This document shows, one piece after another, positions 31,242 to 41,000 of a stretch of DNA of 64,000 nucleotides (its first letter is position 1; each line of letters starts with the position of its first letter). The translations under genes and the position numbers were made by a program. The stretch comes from a bacterium (GTDB taxonomy: Bacteria; SAR324; XYD2-FULL-50-16; G965216635), in the NCBI GenBank assembly GCA_965216635.1, contig OZ244188.1:1280001-1344000 (forward strand), given 5' to 3'. The notes beneath the pieces are model-generated. The model worked only from the letters and a program-made list of their open reading frames with translations, was not told the origin of the DNA and ran no database searches.

Positions 31242-32266
31242 CAAAAGAAGATAAAAAACACTTTGAGAAAGCTATGTATCAACTAGATGGTGCCTTTGAA
31301 AAAGCAAAAGAAAAAGAATTAAAACTAGAAACACCTGCTAAAAGGACAGACCAACAGACACAAATAAAACCAAAACCAATAGAACTAAAGCCAACAGAAC
31401 CAAAACCAACAGAACTAAAACCAGCAGAACTAAAACCGGCAGAACTAAAACCAATAAAACCAGAGCCAGCAGAACCAAAACCAATAAAACTAGAGCCAGC
31501 AGAACCAAAACCAGCAGAACCAAAACCAATAAAACTAGAGCCAGCAGAACCAAAACCAATAAAACTAGAGCCAGCAGAACCAAAACCAGTCAGCCCAAAT
31601 ACAATCAAACTGAGTGAAAAACAACCAAACCTTGAAATCAAAAAAATTCCTCACCAAGTAACCCCGAATCCCATCTCTCACAAAGAGACACACAAAAAAG
31701 AAAAAGCTCCTTTTGATAATAGTTTTGATGAAGCAGTAGAAAAACTAGCAAAGAAGAAACAACAGACATGCTCTAATGCACAGGTAACAGGACTGCAGAA
31801 AACAGAGCCACAAAGAGAAGTAGAAGTTGTGCCCCGTGGTGATATAGCCAGTAATTCTATAGGTGATAAAAAAGTGTGGCAAGAGACTTTAGAAAATTCA
31901 CTTTACCTTGCTTTGAATAAAATTTTACAAAAGCCGTCTCCTTTTGCCGAAGTAGATCATTTAGAAACCACTTTACCAGAAGAATTTTATCAAGATAGCG
32001 AAATGGTTCTTAAAAACAGAACTGGTTTAAAGGAAAAATTATCTCAGTTCTCCGATATAAAGCTAGATTTTTATGTCCAGTTGGGAGAGATGGATATTAC
32101 CTTAGGAGATCTTTTAGATTTTAAGGAAGGATCCATCTTGGAAACAGAAATTGCTTCTTCTACTCCATTAAACTGTTATGCTAATAAAAAACTTTTAGGA
32201 CGAGGAAAACTTGTTTTTGAGGGTTATACCGCCGGCTTTAAGTTGCAAAATTTTTTTAACCAGTAA
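31238..32266 (+). CDS. Protein with Pro/Glu/Lys repeat linker and C-terminal FliM/FliN (SpoA)-like domain
   Basis: C-terminal DIKLDFYVQLGEMDITLGDLLDFKEGSILE...YANKKLLGRGKLV. Confidence 0.7.
   Translation: MTKEDKKHFEKAMYQLDGAFEKAKEKELKLETPAKRTDQQTQIKPKPIELKPTEPKPTELKPAELKPAELKPIKPEPAEPKPIKLEPAEPKPAEPKPIKLEPAEPKPIKLEPAEPKPVSPNTIKLSEKQPNLEIKKIPHQVTPNPISHKETHKKEKAPFDNSFDEAVEKLAKKKQQTCSNAQVTGLQKTEPQREVEVVPRGDIASNSIGDKKVWQETLENSLYLALNKILQKPSPFAEVDHLETTLPEEFYQDSEMVLKNRTGLKEKLSQFSDIKLDFYVQLGEMDITLGDLLDFKEGSILETEIASSTPLNCYANKKLLGRGKLVFEGYTAGFKLQNFFNQ
31372..31588 (+). repeat. In-frame 15-bp repeat, ~14 pentapeptides (PAEPK/PIKLE/PTELK)
   Basis: Direct reading of the sequence. Confidence 0.9.
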
Positions 32267-32312
32267 AATGCCCAGTTATCACATAACTCTAATTCAAAGA
32301 TCTCAATAAAAA

Positions 32313-34805
32313 ATGAAAGAAGAAGAAAAAAAAAACTCCGTAAAAGTAGAAGATAAAGAACAAGTGAATTCTTCAAAACCAGAGCATTCGCAAAAATCAG
32401 AGCATTCGCAAAAATCAGAGCATTCGCAAAAATCAGAAAATTACGAAACACTTTTACCTGCTAAACCGAGTTATCCTAACCAATTAGGTCTTATAGTGGT
32501 TTATTACAGACCCCTTTTCCCGCATATGGTTCTCCCTTTGTTGGTCCAAAAGAAAATTTTTAAATTAGCTTTGAATTATGCACAAAAGCACCACAGAAAT
32601 TTTATTCTGATTTCTTTATCTCATGCAGAGTCAGAAAAAGAAATAGACGATAAAAAAATCTGTAAAGTTGGAGTTTTGGCAAGAATTGTAAAAGTAATTG
32701 AGAACCCCAATAATAATAAAGAAGTGCAGGTTATTTTTGAAATTGTAGGCAGAACTAAAATTGTCACTTTTTTGCATAAGAAGCCTTTTCTTCTTGCTGA
32801 AGTGGAGCATTTAGAAATTCCTTCTTTCCGTAGTAACGATACCATCAGGGCTTACTGTCGTGAAATTTTGAATAATGTGCGTGAGCTGATCAAAATGTAT
32901 CCCGCTATTAAAGAAGAACTCAACCAATATCTTATAGAAGATATTAGTATCAACGACGCCAATAAATTAGCTGATTTTACGGCTTCTATTCTAACCTCTA
33001 AAAAGAAAGACTTACAAGAAGTTTTAGAAACGTTCAATGTTTTAGAAAGATTAAAGATAGTACTTTTGTTGGTAAAGAAAGAATTAGATTTAGGCAGATT
33101 GCAAGCGAAAATTTCCAAACAAATAGAAAAAAGAATCTCAAAAAGTCAAAGAGATTTTTTTTTACTAGAACAACTCAAAGAAATTAAAAAAGAACTGGGG
33201 TTAACAAAAGACGGTAAAAAACAAGCAGCGGACAAACTTATGGAAAGAGCTGCTAACCTAAAATTTTCTCCTGAAGCACAAAAGGTCTTTGATGAAGAAA
33301 TGCGGAAAATTCGTCTTTTGGATAATCACGCTGCAGAATTTACAGTTACCAGAAATTATTTGGATTGGATAACCGCTTTACCTTGGGGGGTTTTTGCAAA
33401 AGAGCCTCTAAATTTAAAAGAAGCAAAAAAAATACTAGAAACAGAGCACTATGGATTAGAAGATATTAAACAACGTATTTTAGAGTTTATTGCGGTGACA
33501 AAACTCGCCAAAAAAGACGCTAGCTCGGTGCTTTGTTTTGTAGGTCCTCCAGGTGTCGGTAAAACTTCTGTCGGTAAATCTATTGCCCGTGCTCTCAAAA
33601 GACCTTTTTATAGATTTTCTGTTGGTGGTATGCGAGATGAAGCGGAAATTAAAGGGCATCGTAGAACCTATATTGGAGCTATGCCGGGCAAATTTATTCA
33701 GACTCTAAAACAGACCAAAGTTGCCAATCCAGTGATCATGCTAGACGAAGTAGATAAGATGGGCACTAGCTATCAAGGAGACCCTGCGAGCGCTCTTTTA
33801 GAAGTGTTTGATCAAGAACAAAACCATTCTTTTGTAGATCATTATCTAGATATCCCTTTTGATCTATCTAAAGTGCTTTTTATAGCTACAGCCAATCATC
33901 TAGATAATATTTCTCCAGTGTTGCTAGACAGGATGGAAATTTTAAGGCTTTCAGGATATATTTCTTCGGAAAAACTGCACATTGCTCGCCGCTATATTAT
34001 CCCTAAGCAAAGAAAACGACACGGATTAAAAAGCACTCAACTCGGTTTTACCGATGGTGCCATAACTAAAATTGTTGAAGGTTATGCTAGAGAATCAGGT
34101 GTGCGTCATCTGGAAAAACTGATTCAAAAAATCTGTCGTCAAGTAGCTTTTGAAGTCTTATCTTCTAGGCAAAAGAAAAAATTCAAAGTTATGATTAATT
34201 TACAACGTGTAGAAAAATATTTAAAAAAACCCTTGTTTTTAGATGATTCTATTCAAAATTCCAGTAATTCAGGTATAGTCAATGGGTTAGCATGGACGAG
34301 CATGGGAGGAGATGTGCTATCCATAGAAGCTGTTGCTATGGAAACTGCAACAAAAGGTTTCAAACAAACAGGACAACTAGGAGGAGTAATGATAGAATCC
34401 TCAGAAATTGCTTATAGCTATGTATCAGCCAACCTAAAAAAATTTAAAGGAAAAAAGGAATTTTTTGATAATCATTTTATCCACCTCCATGTTCCAGCGG
34501 GAGCCACTCCAAAAGATGGTCCTTCTGCTGGCATTACGATGGCAAGCGCTCTTATCTCCTTAATGCTTGCCAAACCTGTAGATAAGGCAATCGGAATGAC
34601 GGGAGAACTTACTTTAAGTGGTAGCGTTTTGGCTATTGGAGGCTTGAAAGAAAAAATTATTGCCTCTAAAAGAAACGGGTTAGAAAAAATTATTGTGCCT
34701 TTTGCTAATAAAAAGGATTATGAAGAATTACCCAAACATCTTAAAACAGGTTTAAAGGTCTACTTCGCCCAAAATTATAAGGAGGTTTTTAGACGAGTTT
34801 TTTGA
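32313..34805 (+). CDS. lon: ATP-dependent Lon protease
   Basis: GPPGVGKTS, GHRRTYIGAMPG, PKDGPSAG; N-terminal EHSQKS x3 repeat at 32380-32433. Confidence 0.97.
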   Translation: MKEEEKKNSVKVEDKEQVNSSKPEHSQKSEHSQKSEHSQKSENYETLLPAKPSYPNQLGLIVVYYRPLFPHMVLPLLVQKKIFKLALNYAQKHHRNFILISLSHAESEKEIDDKKICKVGVLARIVKVIENPNNNKEVQVIFEIVGRTKIVTFLHKKPFLLAEVEHLEIPSFRSNDTIRAYCREILNNVRELIKMYPAIKEELNQYLIEDISINDANKLADFTASILTSKKKDLQEVLETFNVLERLKIVLLLVKKELDLGRLQAKISKQIEKRISKSQRDFFLLEQLKEIKKELGLTKDGKKQAADKLMERAANLKFSPEAQKVFDEEMRKIRLLDNHAAEFTVTRNYLDWITALPWGVFAKEPLNLKEAKKILETEHYGLEDIKQRILEFIAVTKLAKKDASSVLCFVGPPGVGKTSVGKSIARALKRPFYRFSVGGMRDEAEIKGHRRTYIGAMPGKFIQTLKQTKVANPVIMLDEVDKMGTSYQGDPASALLEVFDQEQNHSFVDHYLDIPFDLSKVLFIATANHLDNISPVLLDRMEILRLSGYISSEKLHIARRYIIPKQRKRHGLKSTQLGFTDGAITKIVEGYARESGVRHLEKLIQKICRQVAFEVLSSRQKKKFKVMINLQRVEKYLKKPLFLDDSIQNSSNSGIVNGLAWTSMGGDVLSIEAVAMETATKGFKQTGQLGGVMIESSEIAYSYVSANLKKFKGKKEFFDNHFIHLHVPAGATPKDGPSAGITMASALISLMLAKPVDKAIGMTGELTLSGSVLAIGGLKEKIIASKRNGLEKIIVPFANKKDYEELPKHLKTGLKVYFAQNYKEVFRRVF

Positions 34806-34865
34806 TTTTTAGACAATATCTATAGAATTAGAAAAAGTTGCAGTTTTTTTAAAAAAAAACTATTA

Positions 34866-35134
34866 TAGACCTTTGAATTTCGCTGATGTGACGGCTAGCC
34901 AAATGGTTAGAACAGGTGCAAAAAAAATTTTTAGCTCGCTGGAATGTGTGAGTATTTCAAGAGTTAAAAATTTTTCAATGCCGTAGTGCAATACATCACA
35001 AAACTTAAAGCTAACACAAGATAGACTGCAAAAGAGCCACTGGCTCTTTTGCTAAAGCCTGTATAGGGTGAAAGCAATAAGCTTGCTTTGGCTAAACAGC
35101 TAGTTTTGTCCTATTTGGCAAATTCAAAAGTCTA
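34866..35134. mobile_element. Modular MITE-like element, copy 5 (269 bp)
   Basis: TAGACCTTTGAATTT...AAATTCAAAAGTCTA; flanks TATTA/TAGTA; ends 37 bp before ftsZ. Confidence 0.9.
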
Positions 35135-35171
35135 TAGTATTTAGTATATTTTATAACTTACATCACTAGAA

Positions 35172-36440
35172 ATGGATTTAGGTTCAGATGTCAATTTTTC
35201 TGGAATAGGCAGATCAGAATTAGAAGATTTAAGAGGAGATACCATAATCAAAGTTGTCGGAGTAGGCGGAGCTGGAGGAAGTGTTGTCCGCCGTATGATA
35301 GAAAGCGGTATTGATACAGTGGACTACGCTGTAGTCAATACAGATAAGATGGTATTAGATAGTAATCCAGCCCCTATTAAAATTACGATAGGAAAAAAGC
35401 TAACTCGCGGACTTGGAGCTGGAATGAGACCAGAAATAGGTAGAGAAGCAGCTATTGAAGACTTAGATGATTTACGCACTTGTCTAGAAGGTGCTCACAT
35501 GGTTTTTATAGCCGCTGGTATGGGAGGAGGAACAGGAACGGGAGCTGCTCCCGTTTTAGCAGAAATAGCGAAAGAATTGAATATTCTTACAGTAGCAATA
35601 GTTAGCACACCCTTTGAATTTGAAGGAGGAAAAAGAATGAATTTAGCCGTAGCAGGCATAGAAGAATTGAAGAAACATATTGATACTTTGATGATTGTTC
35701 CCAATGAAAAACTACTTGAAATAGCAACTCCCAATATGGGCATGAAACAAGCTTTCACTATGGCAGACGATGTTCTACGAGACGCAATCCGCGGAGTATC
35801 TAATTTAATCAATGGGGAGGCAGATATCAACCTAGATTTTATGGATGTCAAAACTGTGATGAAAGATAAAGGACGAGCATTTATCGGTATAGGAATCGCC
35901 AAAGGACAAAATAGAGGAGAAGAAGCAGCTATCAAGGCGATGGAAAGTCCGGTATTAAATAGTTATTCTGTGCAAAACGCATCAGGAATTATCGTTTATA
36001 TTGAAGGGGACCCCGAATTCCCAATGCAAGAAGTAAAAAAATCGGCAGAATCAATTCAACAAAAAGCAGGAGAAAATGCAGATGTGATTTTTGGATATAA
36101 GGAAAATCAGAAATTTAAAAGCGAAGTGCGAATTACTATTATCGTAGCGGGTTTTGAAGGAGATTTAATCCAATCCAAAAAAATAGATTCAAGAAAACCG
36201 ATTAAAGTGGAGGATATATTCAATAAATACGAGCAACAAAACCTACAAAGCTCTTCTGAGAAAACAGAAAAAGAAAGTCTTCTGATACTAGACGATGAAT
36301 TTTCGGTAAATCCAGTGGTAGATAAGCCTCATATACCTACCGATTACCAGTCGCTAGATAAAAAAGAAGAAACAGATACCGATATTCCTACTTTTATCCG
36401 TAAACAGGATTCTACTCGCTATCAAGATGAAGATGAATGA
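35172..36440 (+). CDS. ftsZ: Cell division protein FtsZ
   Basis: IKVVGVGGAG, GMGGGTGTG, INLDFMDV, C-terminal DIPTFIRKQ. Confidence 0.98.
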   Translation: MDLGSDVNFSGIGRSELEDLRGDTIIKVVGVGGAGGSVVRRMIESGIDTVDYAVVNTDKMVLDSNPAPIKITIGKKLTRGLGAGMRPEIGREAAIEDLDDLRTCLEGAHMVFIAAGMGGGTGTGAAPVLAEIAKELNILTVAIVSTPFEFEGGKRMNLAVAGIEELKKHIDTLMIVPNEKLLEIATPNMGMKQAFTMADDVLRDAIRGVSNLINGEADINLDFMDVKTVMKDKGRAFIGIGIAKGQNRGEEAAIKAMESPVLNSYSVQNASGIIVYIEGDPEFPMQEVKKSAESIQQKAGENADVIFGYKENQKFKSEVRITIIVAGFEGDLIQSKKIDSRKPIKVEDIFNKYEQQNLQSSSEKTEKESLLILDDEFSVNPVVDKPHIPTDYQSLDKKEETDTDIPTFIRKQDSTRYQDEDE

Positions 36441-36614
36441 AAGAGACCCTAATTTAATGAGGAAATATTTACTTTTTTATCTAATATATTATCTTGTTTG
36501 AGAATATTGCTTTTAAATATTAACTAACTATATTTAAGTAAAAATGAATAAAATACCAGCCATAATGTTTGATACAAGTGGTGATTTTTAAGGAAAGATT
36601 TACAGAAAGGTAAT

Positions 36615-37165
36615 ATGGAAAGTAACTCTATTTTATTAGAAAATATTGTAGGAAATATTGTTTTAATAATAGGTTCTATTATTGCTTTTTCCAGTGTCTT
36701 TTTTTATAGAAAAACAGAAAAATTAAAGGCAACCCTTGAAATGATTTATAAAATCACAAGTTCTGAATTTTTTAAGAGTGGTGAAGAAGTCTTGTTATTT
36801 ATAAAAGAAGACGCAGGAGTTATTGCAGATGATTATATAAATTATAAAAAATCAATAAAGGAAAAAGGCAAGAAAGTTAAACCGTCTAAAAGAGTTAAAA
36901 TTGCAATAGAGCTTAAAGCATATTTGAATCTGTTTGAAGGTTTGTGTGTCGGAATGAATAGTAAAATCTATAATGAAAAATCCTGCAAAAAAGCTCTTTA
37001 TAGCAAATTTGTGAATAATTGGAAGAAATCAGAAAGCTTCATAAGAGTAATAAGAAAAATGGAGAAGTCTCCTACTTTATGGCAATAATTTGAAAAAATA
37101 GTGAGAAAATGGGACGACAAGCCCCCTCTAACATATCAATATAAAGCAAAAATAGGAAAAAACTA
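36615..37165 (+). pseudogene. DUF4760-like protein interrupted by an in-frame TAA at 37086-37088
   Basis: N-terminal TM, YLNLFEGLCVGMNSKIYNE; the frame continues past the stop as LWQ*FEKIVRKWDD. Confidence 0.55.
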
Positions 37166-37171
37166 AACAAT

Positions 37172-38149
37172 ATGTATCAAGTAATTATTAACAATCTCTT
37201 TTTCAATATAGCGATGGTGTTTTTCTCTATCGTTTTGCTTTGGAAAGGAGCCGAATGGCTAGTAGATTCTGCCAGCAAATTAGCACAAAAATTGGGAGTT
37301 TCTGATTTGATAATCGGTTTAACTATTGTAGCTATTGGCACCTCTGCTCCCGAATTTGCTGTATCTGTAAGTGCCGCATTAGAAGGAAATCCTGAAATTG
37401 CTGTTGGCAATGTTTTTGGTTCTAATATATTCAATCTAGGTTTTATTTTGGGACTGGGGGTATTATTTAAAAACTTCAAGATTACACGAGATACAGTTTA
37501 TAGAGATGGTAGTTTTCTATTTTGCATGGTTCTCTTGATTTATTTTTTAATGTTCGGCTTTGATTTCAAAATTTTATCAGGCGGTTATTTGTCTCCTATT
37601 GCTTCTGTCTTTTTGATTGTTTTACTTGTCGGTTATATTTTTTTTCTTTACATGCAAAAGTCCGATATAAATAATGATATTCCTAGCGGAAATTTTAGAA
37701 TAAAAGATTTTTTATGGCTCATAATAGGTATTTCTTCTGTGATTGTTGGTGGGCATTTTTTAGTAGAGAATGCAGTAAAAATCGGAATACATGCAGGACT
37801 AGATATTTGGATTATTGGAATAACCATCGTCGCTGCTGGCACTTCTTCCCCTGAATTGGTGACTACTTTGGTCTCCATTATTAAGAAAAAATACAATATG
37901 GCAATTGGCAATCTTATCGGTAGTGATCTGTTTAATATGTTGGGAGTTATTGGAGTAGCTGGTGTTGTAGGTAAAGGAATACAAATTCCAGCAGTTGCCC
38001 ATATAAGCCTCATTATCCTGGCAGTCAATCTTATGGTTATAGTATTTTTTTTGAGAAGTTCTTGGAAACTGGTGCGTTGGGAAGGTGTTGTATTGATTTT
38101 GATTAGTCTGGTGCGGTATTATATTGATTTTATTGTAGTCAGTCGTTAA
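37172..38149 (+). CDS. Calcium/sodium antiporter (YrbG-like)
   Basis: Duplicated GTSAPE/GTSSPE and GNVFGSN/GNLIGSD alpha repeats. Confidence 0.93.
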   Translation: MYQVIINNLFFNIAMVFFSIVLLWKGAEWLVDSASKLAQKLGVSDLIIGLTIVAIGTSAPEFAVSVSAALEGNPEIAVGNVFGSNIFNLGFILGLGVLFKNFKITRDTVYRDGSFLFCMVLLIYFLMFGFDFKILSGGYLSPIASVFLIVLLVGYIFFLYMQKSDINNDIPSGNFRIKDFLWLIIGISSVIVGGHFLVENAVKIGIHAGLDIWIIGITIVAAGTSSPELVTTLVSIIKKKYNMAIGNLIGSDLFNMLGVIGVAGVVGKGIQIPAVAHISLIILAVNLMVIVFFLRSSWKLVRWEGVVLILISLVRYYIDFIVVSR

Positions 38150-38151
38150 GT

Positions 38152-38225
38152 GAGAGCTTTGAATTTCGCTGCTGTGACGGCTAGCCCCAATAGTGGGATA
38201 AGCATACCGCAAATTCAAAACTCTC
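38152..38225. mobile_element. Minimal MITE-like element, copy 6 (74 bp)
   Basis: GAGAGCTTTGAATTT...AAATTCAAAACTCTC; flanks AAGT/AAGT. Confidence 0.85.
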
Positions 38226-38256
38226 AAGTGTATTTATTCCATTTTTTTCTTTAAGG

Positions 38257-39009
38257 ATGTTTTTTTCACTAGTGCCTTTTGTTTTAGGCTCAATTAGCGC
38301 TTCTTTTCTACTTTGTATAGGGGACAGACTTTTGCAAAAGCAAAGTCTCTTTACTAGATCTCAATGTTCTAATTGCAAAACAAAACTCCCTTTCTATACC
38401 CTCATTCCCTTATTAAGTTATCTATTTTTACTCGGCAAGTGTCACTCCTGTAAAAAAAACATAGGATTACGCTATCCTTTGTCTGAAATCATTTATGGAG
38501 GTTTGTTTATTTTTATATGGCAAAAGGTGGGTTTTGTTTGGGATAGTCCATTTTTTCTGGTTTGTTGGAGCCTACTTTTTTTTATAGCCTTTTTAGATTG
38601 GCAGGTGCAGTGGTTTTATAGCTTTCTATTGGTACTAGTTTTTTTAGTTCATTCTCTTTATTTGTTTTTTCACCCCGAGCTGCTTTTCAATGCTTTTTTA
38701 GGTCTAACTATAGGAGCTGGTTTTTTTTATTTTATTGGTTTTTTTTATCAATTTTTATTTTCTAGGGAAGGTATAGGTGGCGGAGATATTAGTCTGCTTG
38801 GTATTTTGGGTTATTTTTTAGGAGTGCAATCCCTACTGCCTACGCTCCTCTATGGCTCTCTAGGGGGTCTGTTGGTAGGTCTAGGATTTTTGATAAAATA
38901 CAAAAAAAATACTCCTTTTCCTTTCGTGCCTACTTTGGTATTGGGTGCTTTTCTTCATTGGTATATGCCTTCGTTGTATTTAGAAATCATTGAGAAACTG
39001 TTGAATTAG
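38257..39009 (+). CDS. pilD: Prepilin peptidase (A24)
   Basis: RSQCSNC...IPLLSYLFLLGKCHSC, GIGGGD, PFPFVP. Confidence 0.88.
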   Translation: MFFSLVPFVLGSISASFLLCIGDRLLQKQSLFTRSQCSNCKTKLPFYTLIPLLSYLFLLGKCHSCKKNIGLRYPLSEIIYGGLFIFIWQKVGFVWDSPFFLVCWSLLFFIAFLDWQVQWFYSFLLVLVFLVHSLYLFFHPELLFNAFLGLTIGAGFFYFIGFFYQFLFSREGIGGGDISLLGILGYFLGVQSLLPTLLYGSLGGLLVGLGFLIKYKKNTPFPFVPTLVLGAFLHWYMPSLYLEIIEKLLN

Positions 39010-39180
39010 GCATTCTAGTTCGGCTATGCAGCGTTAAAAAATGAAATTTTTAACTCTTGCCATTTGTGAAGAAATTCTCTTCAGTATTCCAGCGAGCTAA
39101 AATTTTTTTTCGCACCTGTTCTAGCCATTTGGCTAGCCGTCACAGCTAGTTTTGTTCTATTTGGCAAATTCAAAGGTCTA
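38994..39180. mobile_element. Modular MITE-like element, copy 7 (187 bp, mixed end types)
   Basis: GAAACTGTTGAATTAGGCATT...AAATTCAAAGGTCTA; overlaps the pilD stop. Confidence 0.85.
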
Positions 39181-39263
39181 CAAAAACTGGTTGTTTTATA
39201 ACTAGATTTTAGTCTTTTTTCTAGTATTTCCAAGAGAATAATGGCTTTTTTAGGGACGACTAT

Positions 39264-40754
39264 TTAATAGGCGATTTTACTGCCAATAATAATTTTATCG
39301 TTTAACGAAGTAATGTGATAATTCTTGGCTACTAATAGATCTACAGTGGTGCTGTACCTTTTTGCTATATCCCAGAGTGTATCTCCTCTGCGAACAATAT
39401 GAATTCCTGGGTTGCCTTTTTTGGAATTGGCTTTTTGATTAGGCTTGGTAAAAGTTATAGGAATGATAACCTTCTGACGAGGTTTCAAGTATTTCTTAGC
39501 AGATAAACCATAATTGCTAGCGTAGAGATTTTTTAAAGAGGTGTTATATTTTCTAGAAATACTCCACAAGGAATCTCCTTTAACTACACGGTGGGTGATA
39601 AAAGTACTCTCAATATCTGGTTTTAAACTGTTAAGTTGCTTTTGGGTAATAACGCTTTTTTCAGGCACTTTTAAAATAAATCTCTTGTGACTGTTTTTAC
39701 TAAACGGAGTTGTACTGTATTTCAGCGACGGGTTTAATTGCTTGAGTTCTGCCACACTGATTTTTGTTTTTTTACTAATCTGTTTGAAGGATACATTGGG
39801 TTTAACACGCACTTTTTTGTAACGATGCCAATCTTTTAGTTCACTGGGGGCAGGAAAATCGTAGTATTCTAAATTGTTAAAAATATGCACTACTGCTAAA
39901 AAGGCGGGAACATAACCTCTTGTCTCCCTTGGCAGTTTCAAAGACCAATAATCTGTGGGTTTGCCTGCTTTTTTGTTTTTTGCTATGGCATGATTGACTC
40001 TTCCTAAACCACTATTGTAAGCAGCTAAAACTAAACTCCAATCGTTATACCTTTTGTAGAGATCTTTTAAAAATCTAGCAGCTGCGTGTGTTTGTACCTC
40101 AGGGTCTAATCTATCATCGTACCACCAACTATACCTCATCCCGTATAATCTTCCAGTACTACCAATAAACTGCCATAAACCTACAGCACTTGCTCTAGAA
40201 ACAGCTTTATAATTAAAGTTAGATTCTACCATCGCAAGATAAAAAAGATCGTGAGGTAATCCATATTCAGCAAAAATTCTCTGCACCATTTTATAATATT
40301 TGGGAGCGCGACCTAAACCTATTAAAAATGCTTTTCTTTTTTTTTGTGTATAAAGACGAATAAAAATATCTACTTTTTTTTGATTAACACCTATTTGAAT
40401 ATCATTATGCGGTTTGAGTGGGTGTGTTTTTTGATTTTCAGACGAACCTACCATTGGGCGAATAATGTCTTGAGGAGAAATAGGGTCAAAAAAATCTACA
40501 GAATTAAGATTTTCGTCATCTCCTGATTCTACAAGATTTTCATTCCCCTCTTCTATAAAGCCGTCTTTATTATAAATACTACGAGTGAAAACTTCGTCTT
40601 CATATCTAGCTGGAAATTTTGAGTCTTCCAAAATAGAATAGGCAGACACAACAGAATAATGAGCAGCGTAATGCGATATTTGTTCTAAATTTCTACTTTC
40701 TCCCACAAAAGCAAAAGTGCAAAGAAAAAAAAGGACACAAAAATATTTCATCAT
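39264..40754 (-). CDS. mltD: Membrane-bound lytic murein transglycosylase D-like protein (SLT + LysM)
   Basis: LAMVESNF, AVGLWQF, LAAYNSG, LPRETRGYVP, LysM repeats; start moved to 40754. Confidence 0.88.
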   Translation of the reverse strand: MMKYFCVLFFLCTFAFVGESRNLEQISHYAAHYSVVSAYSILEDSKFPARYEDEVFTRSIYNKDGFIEEGNENLVESGDDENLNSVDFFDPISPQDIIRPMVGSSENQKTHPLKPHNDIQIGVNQKKVDIFIRLYTQKKRKAFLIGLGRAPKYYKMVQRIFAEYGLPHDLFYLAMVESNFNYKAVSRASAVGLWQFIGSTGRLYGMRYSWWYDDRLDPEVQTHAAARFLKDLYKRYNDWSLVLAAYNSGLGRVNHAIAKNKKAGKPTDYWSLKLPRETRGYVPAFLAVVHIFNNLEYYDFPAPSELKDWHRYKKVRVKPNVSFKQISKKTKISVAELKQLNPSLKYSTTPFSKNSHKRFILKVPEKSVITQKQLNSLKPDIESTFITHRVVKGDSLWSISRKYNTSLKNLYASNYGLSAKKYLKPRQKVIIPITFTKPNQKANSKKGNPGIHIVRRGDTLWDIAKRYSTTVDLLVAKNYHITSLNDKIIIGSKIAY

Positions 40755-40803
40755 AAAGGAAAAATAAAAAAAATTACTTGGAAAAACCATTATCCAATAA
40801 TTA

Positions 40804-40918
40804 GAGAGCTTTGAATTTGCCAAATAGAACAAAACTAGCTGTGACGCCTAGCCAAATGGTTAGAACAGGTGCAAAAAAAAAAATCTTTGGCTAAACAGAA
40901 CGCTAATTCAAAGGTCTC
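40804..40918. mobile_element. Modular MITE-like element, copy 8 (115 bp)
   Basis: GAGAGCTTTGAATTT...TAATTCAAAGGTCTC; TSD AATTA/AATTA. Confidence 0.88.
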
Positions 40919-41000
40919 AATTAGATTACAAGGAAGCAAAGTTTATACCTAGTCGGTTTAAAAATAAGAAAAAATTCACCGCACAATTATTTTGGGATCA

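Noticed and set aside
31279..31641. Antisense hydrophobic ORFs (VLLALVLL, GFGSAGSS)
   Set aside because: Reverse-strand shadows of the 15-bp coding repeat
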